Part shown: positions 1 to 9,227 of the stretch, piece after piece
Position numbering within the stretch: position 1 is the first letter of the stretch
Layout of the letters: each line of letters opens with the position of its first letter
Origin: an uncultured virus (IMG/VR IMGVR_UViG_3300009658_000598)
Lineage: Duplodnaviria; Heunggongvirae; Uroviricota; Caudoviricetes
Direction: 5' to 3' (one strand)
Virus record (IMG/VR): IMGVR_UViG_3300009658_000598
DNA: 64,000 bases
Position numbers and translations under genes: made by a program
The notes under the pieces: model-generated
What the model was told of the DNA's origin: nothing
Databases searched by the model: none
The model's input: only the letters and a program-made list of their open reading frames with translations

Positions 1-109
1 TCTGATTGCAGGACATCTGACGGATCACGCACGCAAATTACGACTCGCGCTCGGCCACTGTAACGGCTGGATTTGTACTTTCCTCAGAGTCGCTGAATCG
101 TTTTGAGTT

Positions 110-2239
110 TTGCGGAATCAGGTCATATTTTTGTCCAACCAGATCTTCACCACCCAGTATCAGAGGGAGGTGATCCAGATCTTCGACAGCTTCATCGAGA
201 GCCTTCCTGAGAATATCCAGCCCAGCGCCCGTGAATACTTCTACCCCAAGAGCGAGGCCATAAATTTCAAGTCGCCTAAGTTCAACCTGTTCTCGCAGTT
301 TGCCGGCGTTCAGGTCTTCCGGGATCAGGAGGAGCGTGATGCCTACTACCAGGACGCAAGGAAGTATTACTTCTCGCTGCTCATGGGCTCAGGTGGACAG
401 ACAGGCATAAAAAAGCTGCTGAAGGAAGCTGTTCAGCAGCCGGGATTTGTTTACTCCCACGAAAATATCGACAAGATCCTGATGAGGGCTGCCATAAGCA
501 CCTGTGCCGATGACCTGAATACTGCCGGAAAGATCTGCGATAATTCAGTGAAGTACATTCTTTCTGAGGAGGCTATTGCTGCTGCCTGCCGTTTAGCGGA
601 AAGGGGAGCGGTCACTGATGAGGACGTGGCACGGCTCAATGAGCGCTATCCTCACGCCAAGCCCAAATTCCGCATGATAGAGAACGACATGGCTGCATTT
701 ATCCGGAACGAGCGCCAGATCCTCTATTATTACGGCTTTTTCCACTCAAAATCCACCGGCGCTTCGGATATGGAATTCAGCAGCCTTACTCCCATAGGCG
801 AGCTGGCGCTGAAGGCCGGCTACTATGGGTCTCTGGTAATTTGGGAGCATCAGAAGCTGAAGATGATCTCTCAGCCGGCTACGACTGAGATCAAGCAGAT
901 CCCTGCGGTGGATGATCCGGAGAAGAACTTCTTCGTCAGCTTCACTCCCTACACCGATATCCTGGGAGCTGTTCTCCGTCAGGGCTCTATGACCTTGGAT
1001 GAGTACAAATACATCGTTTCAAGGCGAAAGCGCTGCTTCGATGATGACAGCTGGAACGCTGAGGAGAGCACTCTTTGGCAGCATCTGCCCCAGATCATTG
1101 AGAGAGTGGGTTCCTTCCGCAGAAAGAGCGACATTACCGACGAGGACGGCCGCAAGGAGCTGCTGAAATACCTTTTGGGAGTCCGCAGCGATATCCCAGC
1201 AGATAAGAGCACCGATCCTATGGGTGCTGTGAGCTTTGGGAGCTCATGCGTGAGTATCAGCGACAGGGATAAGCTGAGCTTCATCTACGGCGTTTACACT
1301 AAGCTGGGCAAGTACAAGCTGATGAGATACGAGGATGTTCTCATGGATACTGAGGCCGACCTGAGAAGGCGCTACGCCCAGCCTGTTTCCGGGAACACAG
1401 CTCCCTGCGACAGCAAGGTCAAGATCGGCTGGGATCTGTACATCATCCACCCGGATACGTTCTTAATGGTATCCGCAGCTCTGGTCTGTGCCGGAGCAGG
1501 CTGCGGGATCACCGACCTGGAGGACATCTCTCCGGATTTGGTGACAAGGCTGAGCAGATATATCTGGGAGAAGATGCCGGAGCTTTTCCGGGCTCTGGGA
1601 GCCCGCACGGAGGCCGGCGTGAAAAAGAAGGTCGTTGCGGCGCTGACCGCCCTTGCTGCGGAAAATTACAGCAGCTATCTCCTTACAGATGAACGCCGCT
1701 CCGTCGGGCGCCTTGCCGGATACAAGGCCGAGAACAGCGCTGACCTGAAAAACAAGATCCACCAGATCTCGGGATCTGCACCAAGCGTGACCGACGGACA
1801 AAGAGAGCGCAGCAGTGCTCTTGTAAATCTGATGAAGGCCTACTACATTCAGCTTTTCTCGGAAAACGGCCTGCTGAAATGCGAATGCTGCGGCAGCACT
1901 ACCTTCATTACCGCTTCGGGGGATCCGTATCTTGAGTTCCACCACCTGATCCCGTTCAACATAGCCGACGGTCCGGATCATTATCTGAATTTGTTCGCTA
2001 TGTGTCCAAGCTGCCACAGAAAGATCCATTTTATGGGAGCTAAGGACAAGGCGGAGGAGTATCAGAAGCTCAGCAGCAATAATTATTTGGAGCTGCCATT
2101 TGTGGAGCGGCTGAAAAAGCTCAGGAGCGAAGGCCTGCTCAGATCCTATCAGCTGGACTATCTACAGGCCGACGGTGCGATCTCCGAGAGCGATTACGGA
2201 GAGATCTCATGGGGGAGGTACAATGAAGAGCGTAAATGA
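110..2239 (+). CDS. HNH restriction endonuclease, probably Type IIS-like (start codon uncertain)
   Basis: C-terminal CECC...EFHHL...CPSCHRKIH zinc/HNH motif; overlaps the start of two downstream MTase genes; TTG start without a clear RBS. Confidence 0.75.
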   Translation: MRNQVIFLSNQIFTTQYQREVIQIFDSFIESLPENIQPSAREYFYPKSEAINFKSPKFNLFSQFAGVQVFRDQEERDAYYQDARKYYFSLLMGSGGQTGIKKLLKEAVQQPGFVYSHENIDKILMRAAISTCADDLNTAGKICDNSVKYILSEEAIAAACRLAERGAVTDEDVARLNERYPHAKPKFRMIENDMAAFIRNERQILYYYGFFHSKSTGASDMEFSSLTPIGELALKAGYYGSLVIWEHQKLKMISQPATTEIKQIPAVDDPEKNFFVSFTPYTDILGAVLRQGSMTLDEYKYIVSRRKRCFDDDSWNAEESTLWQHLPQIIERVGSFRRKSDITDEDGRKELLKYLLGVRSDIPADKSTDPMGAVSFGSSCVSISDRDKLSFIYGVYTKLGKYKLMRYEDVLMDTEADLRRRYAQPVSGNTAPCDSKVKIGWDLYIIHPDTFLMVSAALVCAGAGCGITDLEDISPDLVTRLSRYIWEKMPELFRALGARTEAGVKKKVVAALTALAAENYSSYLLTDERRSVGRLAGYKAENSADLKNKIHQISGSAPSVTDGQRERSSALVNLMKAYYIQLFSENGLLKCECCGSTTFITASGDPYLEFHHLIPFNIADGPDHYLNLFAMCPSCHRKIHFMGAKDKAEEYQKLSSNNYLELPFVERLKKLRSEGLLRSYQLDYLQADGAISESDYGEISWGRYNEERK

Positions 2240-3047
2240 TATAAAGGGCAGGATCTTCAACGACAGATCCGACCGGCTGCTGAAGGAATTCCCGGCGGAG
2301 TGTATCGACCTGGTGGTGACTAGTCCGCCCTACGACGACCTGAGAGACTACGAGGGCGTGGCTTCGTGGGATATGGAGGTCTTCCAGACCATCGCCAGGG
2401 AGCTTTACCGTGTGATGAAGCCCGGCGGAGTCGTTGTCTGGGTGGTAGGGGATAAGACCCTGAAGGGCAGCAAGACCCTGACCAGCTTCAAGCAGGCGCT
2501 GTTCTTCCAGGAGATCGGCTTCGATATGTACGATGTGATCATCTATGAGAAGGCCGGCTCCGGACCGCCCCACCCCAACAGGTATTTCAACGCCTTTGAG
2601 TATATGTTCGTTCTCAGCAAGGGTCGTCCCAAGACTGTGAATATCCTCCGAGATAAGCCGAACAAGTGGGCGGGCTGCTCAACATACGGCGAGGTGACAC
2701 GCCGTGAGAAGGACGGAAGCCTGACAAATAAGGGCAGGAAGGTGATCAGTGAGTTCGGCGTTAGGACGAATATCTGGCGCTATGCTAACGGCAGGGGCTT
2801 TGCCACAAAGGACAAGCTGGCCTACAAGCACCCTGTGATCTTTCCGGAGAAGCTGGCTGAGGATCACATCGCCTCATGGAGCGATCCGGGAGACCTGGTC
2901 TTGGATCCCTTCGGCGGAAGCGGCACAACTGCAAAGGCTGCTCAGAAAATGGGAAGAGAGTGGGTGCTAATCGAGGCTGTGAAGGACTACTGCGAGATCG
3001 CAAGAGAAAGATTGGAGAGTATCCAAAATGCAGACAGTGATAACTGA
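2223..3047 (+). CDS. Beta-class N4-mC/N6-mA DNA methyltransferase
   Basis: TSPPY near the N-terminus, HPVIFP and DPFGGSGTT near the C-terminus; GGGAGG RBS before ATG 2223. Confidence 0.9.
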   Translation: MKSVNDIKGRIFNDRSDRLLKEFPAECIDLVVTSPPYDDLRDYEGVASWDMEVFQTIARELYRVMKPGGVVVWVVGDKTLKGSKTLTSFKQALFFQEIGFDMYDVIIYEKAGSGPPHPNRYFNAFEYMFVLSKGRPKTVNILRDKPNKWAGCSTYGEVTRREKDGSLTNKGRKVISEFGVRTNIWRYANGRGFATKDKLAYKHPVIFPEKLAEDHIASWSDPGDLVLDPFGGSGTTAKAAQKMGREWVLIEAVKDYCEIARERLESIQNADSDN

Positions 3048-4365
3048 TGTAAGCTATGACAGGACCCTCTTGCTGATGAGGTCTGAGTACGAAAAGCTGA
3101 GTGAGAACGGCTGCTTTTTTGCCATAGTCAGAACTGAATACGACCAGAAGGGGAACGTGCTCCATGACCTGATGGACGTGGTTTCCTCAGCGGTGGAGAT
3201 CGGGTATGTGTATGTGAACACCATCGTTTACCCCACAGCACTTCCTCAGAGGGCTGCCTTCACGGATAATGTGAAGTACGTCGTCTGGCTTTGCAAAAAC
3301 CGCTCTGCCATGAAGTTCAACAAGGACGCTATCCGTGAAAAGCACATCTGGAAGGACGTAGAATGGGGAAAAAGAGCCAAGAACTATAATCCCAAGGGCA
3401 AGGATCCGGGAAATGTTTGGATCCCCACCAAGGACGACGGCATGGCTCATATCACCGAGCATATCATGCTTGGAGATGAGGGCGTTATACAGCGGCTTTT
3501 GGATATGTCCGGCTGCGGAGATGACTGCACTGTCATTCGGGAGGAGCGTGAGCTGAGACAGCTGGAGAGAAGGCTGCCCAAGGAAAGGCTCTCTGCCGAA
3601 AAACTGGAGCAGAGCAAGGTGATCTTCGGAAGCTCAGAGGATATGTCCGGGGTACCTGACGAGTCGGTGCGGCTGGCTGTTACCTCGCCTCCTTACTGGA
3701 ATTTGAAGGACTATTTCAAAAAAGGACAGATCGGTCAGGAGGACTACCGGGTCTACCTTGAGCGAATGAAGGCGGTCTGGGCGCAGTGTTACAGGAAGCT
3801 GACCTTAGACGGCTCGCTTTGGATCAACATCAACATTCGCATACAGGGCGGAAGAGTGATCACGATCCCCCACGACATCATCAAGATGTGCCGTGAGATC
3901 GGCTACTATTATAAGGGGATACTGATCTGGCACAAGTCCTCCGGCATACCTACAGGGGAGAAAAACATCGTTGACCGCCATGAATATGTGCTGGTGTTCT
4001 CTAAGAGCGAGGAATTTTTCGCAGATCCTCAGGCCATGGAGAGCTGCTGCGACTACAAGTCCGACCGGATGAACGGCGGCGCCCTTTGGAATATCAACCG
4101 CAAGGCTGGAAGTGTGGGCAAGCAGTACATCCACCCGGCGATCTATCCCAACGAGCTGGTGGCACGGATAGTCCGTGCAGCCACAGCTCCCGGCGATACG
4201 GTGCTGGATCCATTCCTGGGCAGCGGCACCTCCCTGATAGCTGCCGAGCAGTGCGGCAGAAGGTGCATCGGCTTTGAGTACAACGAGGGCTTCCGTGAGC
4301 TCATGGAGCTGCGCTTTTCTCAGGAGATCCCTGATGCAAATGTCGAGATCTCCGGCTTGAAATGA
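3028..4365 (+). CDS. Beta-class DNA methyltransferase with a degenerate N-terminal MTase-like half
   Basis: C-terminal half has TSPPY, HPAIYP and DPFLGSGT; N-terminal half has MTase-like segments (GKDPGNVW) but no motif I or IV. Confidence 0.85.
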   Translation: MQTVITDVSYDRTLLLMRSEYEKLSENGCFFAIVRTEYDQKGNVLHDLMDVVSSAVEIGYVYVNTIVYPTALPQRAAFTDNVKYVVWLCKNRSAMKFNKDAIREKHIWKDVEWGKRAKNYNPKGKDPGNVWIPTKDDGMAHITEHIMLGDEGVIQRLLDMSGCGDDCTVIREERELRQLERRLPKERLSAEKLEQSKVIFGSSEDMSGVPDESVRLAVTSPPYWNLKDYFKKGQIGQEDYRVYLERMKAVWAQCYRKLTLDGSLWININIRIQGGRVITIPHDIIKMCREIGYYYKGILIWHKSSGIPTGEKNIVDRHEYVLVFSKSEEFFADPQAMESCCDYKSDRMNGGALWNINRKAGSVGKQYIHPAIYPNELVARIVRAATAPGDTVLDPFLGSGTSLIAAEQCGRRCIGFEYNEGFRELMELRFSQEIPDANVEISGLK

Positions 4366-4374
4366 ATAAAACGA

Positions 4375-4415
4375 TCGCCCCGAAGTGACCTGTGCGGCTG
4401 CTTCGGGGCGAATTT
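4375..4415. terminator. Probable bidirectional intrinsic terminator
   Basis: Perfect 11-bp stem TCGCCCCGAAG/CTTCGGGGCGA between convergent genes. Confidence 0.7.
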
Positions 4416-4418
4416 ATC

Positions 4419-4883
4419 TTATTTTTCCAGCAGGATCTCTCTGACCTTATCGAAGATCCTCTTCTTCAAAGACCCGGGGACTAGGTTTTCCGGCAGCCGG
4501 TCTATGGGGAAAAACCGCTGCTCAGCCACCTCTTCCTCCTGGACCTTCATCTGCCCGGTGAAGTCCCGGCACAGGTAAACGATCCCGGCGATGTAGACCT
4601 GATCCCCGTTGGGGTACCGGTAGAAGGACTCCTGACCGGACACGTCCATGAGGAATTCCAGCTTGCCGCAGGTAAGGCCGGTCTCCTCCAGCACCTCTCT
4701 GCGGGCGCAGTCCTCAAAGCTCTCACCCAGTTCCATTGAGCCGCCGGGGTAGTCCCAGAAGCCGTTGTCCGTTCGCCTGCCCAGCAGGATCTCATTTTTG
4801 CCGTTCACAAGGATCACGCCGGTGCCTGCCATGATGATCGGCCGGCTGCCAAGCTCCCTGCGCAGCTCCATAATGTAGCCCAT
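4419..4883 (-). CDS. Nudix hydrolase
   Basis: Nudix box GGSMELGESFEDCARREVLEETG. Confidence 0.9.
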   Translation of the reverse strand: MGYIMELRRELGSRPIIMAGTGVILVNGKNEILLGRRTDNGFWDYPGGSMELGESFEDCARREVLEETGLTCGKLEFLMDVSGQESFYRYPNGDQVYIAGIVYLCRDFTGQMKVQEEEVAEQRFFPIDRLPENLVPGSLKKRIFDKVREILLEK

Positions 4884-4884
4884 T

Positions 4885-5499
4885 TTATGCCTCCTTGGTG
4901 TTTAGTCCCAGCAGCTCAGTCACCTGCCGGAACATCTCGTCCTCCGAAATATCCCCTCCGTTGACGATGCAGGGGACTCCTGATCTTCGGCAGTCCTCCT
5001 GCACCTGCTTAGCGAAGAGCACGTCCCTTTGCATCCAGTTGCGGAAGGCTGCCTCCTTGTCTGTGCACTCTGCCAGTACGAATGGCACCCACTCACGTTG
5101 GCGGTAGTGGCTGATCTGGAAGTCGGGAGTGGGAACGATAGTGATGTAGCGCTCCTTTCGGGCGGCCATGACCTGGGGAGTATAAGCAGCGCCCTCGGTT
5201 ATGATCAGGTCAGCCTGGATCTGGTCTATCCTGTGGAAAACAAGCGGCGCGATCTCCTGGTAGATCTGAGATTCCTCCCTGCATTGCACAAAGGGGTCAC
5301 GCATCCAGTTCTCCTCTGGGGAGAGCGTGCGCACCAAGGCACAGGCGGAGTGGCCCTGAGCAGCGGCCTCGTCCAAAAGCTCCCCAAGGATCTCATCCAC
5401 CTTGAAGTAGTATGCGCCGAATTCCCGGGAGATCCGCTCAGCGACGGTGCTTTTGCCGCTGCACGGCGAGCCACCGATAAATAGAATGGTCTTACACAT
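4885..5499 (-). CDS. P-loop kinase-like protein
   Basis: N-terminal Walker A GGSPCSGKST; AAGGAG RBS. Confidence 0.75.
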   Translation of the reverse strand: MCKTILFIGGSPCSGKSTVAERISREFGAYYFKVDEILGELLDEAAAQGHSACALVRTLSPEENWMRDPFVQCREESQIYQEIAPLVFHRIDQIQADLIITEGAAYTPQVMAARKERYITIVPTPDFQISHYRQREWVPFVLAECTDKEAAFRNWMQRDVLFAKQVQEDCRRSGVPCIVNGGDISEDEMFRQVTELLGLNTKEA

Positions 5500-5585
5500 G
5501 AAGTTCTCCTTTCCGGCTCAAGCGGTCCGGCTTTTCGGCCAAGGCTTCCGCCGAGAGATGAGCGGCAGCGATAGTTTCTGCTTAA

Positions 5586-5614
5586 ATTATACCAGACCCT
5601 TCGCTGGCTGTCAA
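5586..5614 (-). promoter_or_regulatory. Consensus sigma70/sigmaA promoter of the kinase-Nudix operon
   Basis: TTGACA-N17-TATAAT with extended -10 TG. Confidence 0.85.
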
Positions 5615-5717
5615 CAGCAGTGGCTGCTTTTTTAGAGCAGCACTGAATATATGTTGGATCCATCAAAAAAGGCTGCCTAATGTTTAGAACGAGAATAGTG
5701 CCTTAAAGATACAAAGA

Positions 5718-5746
5718 TCCCCCTGAATCTATACAATCCAGGGGGA
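5718..5746 (-). terminator. Putative terminator after the truncated recombinase
   Basis: TCCCCCTG/CAGGGGGA stem followed by TCTTT on the minus strand. Confidence 0.5.
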
Positions 5747-5787
5747 CTGTTATTAACATCAGTTATCCGCTTATGCAGATCAAAATG

Positions 5788-7431
5788 TTATCTCGCTTTT
5801 GCACTTAACTCTGTTGAGTTTTTATCACTTCTTATCTGCGATAGCAGCCTGTATGGCTGATCATCCGGGCAGGCATTTTTCCTTTTACGCGAAGCGGACT
5901 CCCCGTCAGGGGAGCCCGTTATCTCGTCGATATTTACGACAGCTCTGTTTCGTCTGCCGCTTGCAGTGCACATCATTGCACCTGTATAGTTCTCGCTGTA
6001 TCTGATGTTGAAGATATAGCTGTTGGAGTTGACCACCTGTACGCTGCTGATGAGCTTGTCCATAAATGCTGCGGAAGCTCCGCCCTTGAAGTCAGACATT
6101 GCGTGAAGTGTCTGTTCAATATTGCGTATGCTTTCTTTGAAGCTCTCTGCGTTATCCTTCGGCACTTCCTCAGCAGAAACATTGAGCAGTCTCTTCTTTT
6201 CATCTATCTCCGCTTGAATTTTACTGTGCTTTTGGGTGAACGCCTCCTTTGTAAGCACTCCTTCGGCTCTCATATCTATGAGGTTGTCAATCTTGCTTTC
6301 GAGTGCTTTTATCTCTGCGAGTATCTCACTGTCGCTCTTGTGTGTCTCGGGTGATGTATCGTCAGGGCGATAATATTTCTTCACAAGCTCAAGCGCTTTG
6401 GCAAATACCACTCGCTTGTTTACGAATGTATCCTCGAAGATATGCTCAGCAATGAGGTCAAGTCTCCACTGCGGAAGCATTTTCATTTCACAGAAGCCAG
6501 TGGCATCGAGGCCTGCTTCCTTGCGCGTCTTTGCGCTGCCGTGATTGAGCTTGTTGTAGCATCGGTATCCCCAGCTCGGAACTCCTGCCTTATTCTTGCC
6601 CCACAGGTCACGTCTGAACCCCGAACCGCAGGAGCATATCAGCTTGTTGGTCCACATATTTGTTGAGGGATTGCACCTCGACCTCAGCACCGTTCCGCCG
6701 ACTACCAGCGTCGGCTTTTTCTTTGATCTGCGCATTGCATTTGCCTTGTACCATTTGTCCTCATCGATGATAGCTTCAAACTTTTTCTCACCGATGATGT
6801 ATGTGTCCTCATCCTGATTTATTATACGCCGCTGGTCGAGATAATTATTGTTGTGGGACTTATTGTATACCACTCGCCCCATGTAGGTCGCGTTGCGTAT
6901 GATGCGCAGGATATTTCCGGAGTCCCACTTCACTGCTCCAGAAGCGTTTTTGTAATGGAGCAGTGTCAGTTCATCGCCTATCTTCTTGCCGCCAAGTCCC
7001 TGCAGGTACAGGTCGAATATCATTCGGACCGTCTCTGCCTGTTCGGGATCAACGACATAGGTATCGCCGACTTTGTTGTAGCCGAGAATATTTCCGTTGC
7101 CGTACAGTATTCCTTTTTCACGGCTTACCATCTGACCAGCACGAACTCTCTCCGAGACCTTGCGGCTCTCGTCCTGCGCCAGTGTAGCCATAAGTGAGAG
7201 CCGAAGCTCTCCGTCGCCGTCCATCGTCCAGATGTTGTCCTCGACGAAGAATACTTCAACTCCTATGTTGCGGAGCTCTCTTGTGAAGGAGAGTGTGTCC
7301 ACAGTGTTTCTTGCAAATCGGCATACTTCACGGGTAACAATCAGGTCGAACTTTCCGTTCTTCGCATCCGCTATCATTCTCAGAAACGATGGACGCTTCT
7401 TCGCCTGCGTACCTGTTATTCCTTCGTCCAT
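5788..7431 (-). pseudogene. Large serine recombinase, 5'-truncated by the prophage insertion
   Basis: Begins at the DEGITGT motif; has CRFARNT, LAQDESRKVSER, recombinase and zinc-ribbon regions; lacks the N-terminal YxRVS catalytic serine segment. Confidence 0.8.
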
Positions 7432-7470
7432 AAAAACGCTGATTTTGATACAATGCAACGATTGCAGTTT

Positions 7471-7582
7471 AGGGGGTGCAAAAATCTGCACCCCCTACTT
7501 TTTAACGATTGCGATTTTGCACCCCCTACCTTTTAACGATGCACCCCCCTAAGTCGGATTTGCACCCCCTATTATTTAACGA
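7471..7582. repeat. TGCACCCCCT repeat cluster at the prophage end (att arm)
   Basis: Inverted copy at 7471-7480; direct copies at 7487, 7518, 7540 (one extra C) and 7561; interspersed TTTAACGA x3. Confidence 0.85.
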
Positions 7583-7594
7583 ATGAGTGCATAG

Positions 7595-7629
7595 AAAAAA
7601 GCACCCAAGGCTTCAAAAACCCTGAGTGC
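7595..7629 (-). terminator. Terminator of the recombinase operon
   Basis: GCACTCAGGG/CCTTGGGTGC stem plus T6 on the minus strand. Confidence 0.7.
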
Positions 7630-7646
7630 AAAATCGGCTTATTTGC

Positions 7647-9227
7647 TTATTCCACTGTAATCTCTGTTCCATCACGGAAGGTCACTGTAATCTCATCCTT
7701 GCTTTTCACCGTAAGGAAATCCACCAAGGCACACCACAGTCCTTTATCAAATTCTGTCTGAAACTGTGCGGTTTCCTTGACCGCAATGATGAAGTCCTGC
7801 AGCTGTTGATGCCGAGCCTTCTTATCTGCAATTTCAGATTCCAGCTTATCGTAGGTGTATTTCTCAGCTTCATACTGTGAAATCAAACTGTCGTAGCGTT
7901 TATTATAGGCGGTCTGGTCGAGTGCCACACGGGCATTCTCTGCCACAATGTTCTCCGTCTGTTCCACCAGAGCATTCATCTTTACGGCACTCTCATCAAG
8001 CCGCTTTTCCAGTTCAGCAGTGTCCGAGAGCAAATGCAGAATGGTTTCCGCATTTTCCATCAGAGCCTCACGCTCTGAAAGATATTGATTGACTGCCTTG
8101 ATAAATACCTCTTTGATTTCATCTTCGGTCAGATGCGGTGTTTTACACTTGCAGCCATTCTTAAATTTATGATTGCACTGATAGATCACCCGACGGTACT
8201 TGTCGTTGGAATGCCATACCTTAGAGCCGAACCAGCCACTACAGTCTCCACACTTGATTTTCGATGCAAAAATACCTGTACCACTGTACCGCCCTTCTGA
8301 ATTGGTGCGGCGTTCCATCTCTGCCTGTACCTGTTCAAAAATGCGTGGGTCAATGATGGCTTCATGATTTTTCTCCACATAGTATTGTGGTACTTCGCCG
8401 TTGTTCTTCTTTTTCTCTTTGGTGAGGAAGTTGGTGGTGTAGACCTTCTGCAAAAGGGCATCGCCCTTGTACTTCTCATTCGTCAGAATACTCCGGACGG
8501 TAGAACTGCTCCAGTTCTTTTTGCCGCCGGGCGTAGGAATGCCAAGCTCTGTCAGTTTTTTCGCCACTTTGCCGCAGGAATAGCCATCCAGAAACAGCTT
8601 GTAAATCAGCTGCACTGTCTTTGCCTGTTCCTCATTGACCACAAGATTCCCATCGGGGCCACGGTCATAACCAAGGAACCTGCCAAACGGTACGGTTACC
8701 TTGCCATCTGCAAAACGCTTACGCTGTCCCCATGTGGTATTCTCTGAAATAGAACGGCTTTCTTCCTGTGCAAGAGAACTCATAATCGTGATGAGCAGTT
8801 CGCCCTTTGCATCAAATGTCCATATATTCTCTTTTTCAAAGTAGCATTCGCAGCCGTTTTCTTTCAATTTTCGTATCGTAGAAAGGCTGTCAACCGTATT
8901 TCTTGCAAATCGGCTGACCGATTTTGTGATGATAAGATCTATCTTTCCCGCCAATGCATCCTGCACCATCGAATTGAAACCGTCACGGTGCTTGGTGTTG
9001 GTCGCACTGATACCTTCATCTGAATATAAACCTGCGAACTCCCAATCATCACGCCCTTTGATATAATTTGTGTAATAATCCACCTGTGCCTCATAACTCG
9101 ACTGCTGTTCCTCGTGGTCAGTGCTGACACGAGCATAGGCTGCCACCTTTCGCTTTTCTTTTGCGGTAAGTGGAGTGGCGGTGAATCGACTAATTGTAGC
9201 AGGGATTGTCCTCACATTTTTTGCCAT
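7647..9227 (-). CDS. Large serine recombinase 1
   Basis: AYARVSTD catalytic motif, SRFARNT, recombinase domain, CGDC zinc ribbon, coiled coil. Confidence 0.95.
   Translation of the reverse strand: MAKNVRTIPATISRFTATPLTAKEKRKVAAYARVSTDHEEQQSSYEAQVDYYTNYIKGRDDWEFAGLYSDEGISATNTKHRDGFNSMVQDALAGKIDLIITKSVSRFARNTVDSLSTIRKLKENGCECYFEKENIWTFDAKGELLITIMSSLAQEESRSISENTTWGQRKRFADGKVTVPFGRFLGYDRGPDGNLVVNEEQAKTVQLIYKLFLDGYSCGKVAKKLTELGIPTPGGKKNWSSSTVRSILTNEKYKGDALLQKVYTTNFLTKEKKKNNGEVPQYYVEKNHEAIIDPRIFEQVQAEMERRTNSEGRYSGTGIFASKIKCGDCSGWFGSKVWHSNDKYRRVIYQCNHKFKNGCKCKTPHLTEDEIKEVFIKAVNQYLSEREALMENAETILHLLSDTAELEKRLDESAVKMNALVEQTENIVAENARVALDQTAYNKRYDSLISQYEAEKYTYDKLESEIADKKARHQQLQDFIIAVKETAQFQTEFDKGLWCALVDFLTVKSKDEITVTFRDGTEITVE

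Noticed and set aside
5830..5860. Possible att site of the resident element within the recombinase 3' end
   Set aside because: Plausible, but no partner repeat is visible in the window, so it cannot be supported.
7432..7491. N-terminal 20 aa of the 567-aa recombinase ORF
   Set aside because: Encoded by phage-end repeat DNA; there is no catalytic serine or RBS, so it is a chance in-frame extension.
7471..7582. Short repeats as a CRISPR array
   Set aside because: Repeats are only 10 bp with irregular spacing and mixed orientation; there is no cas operon.
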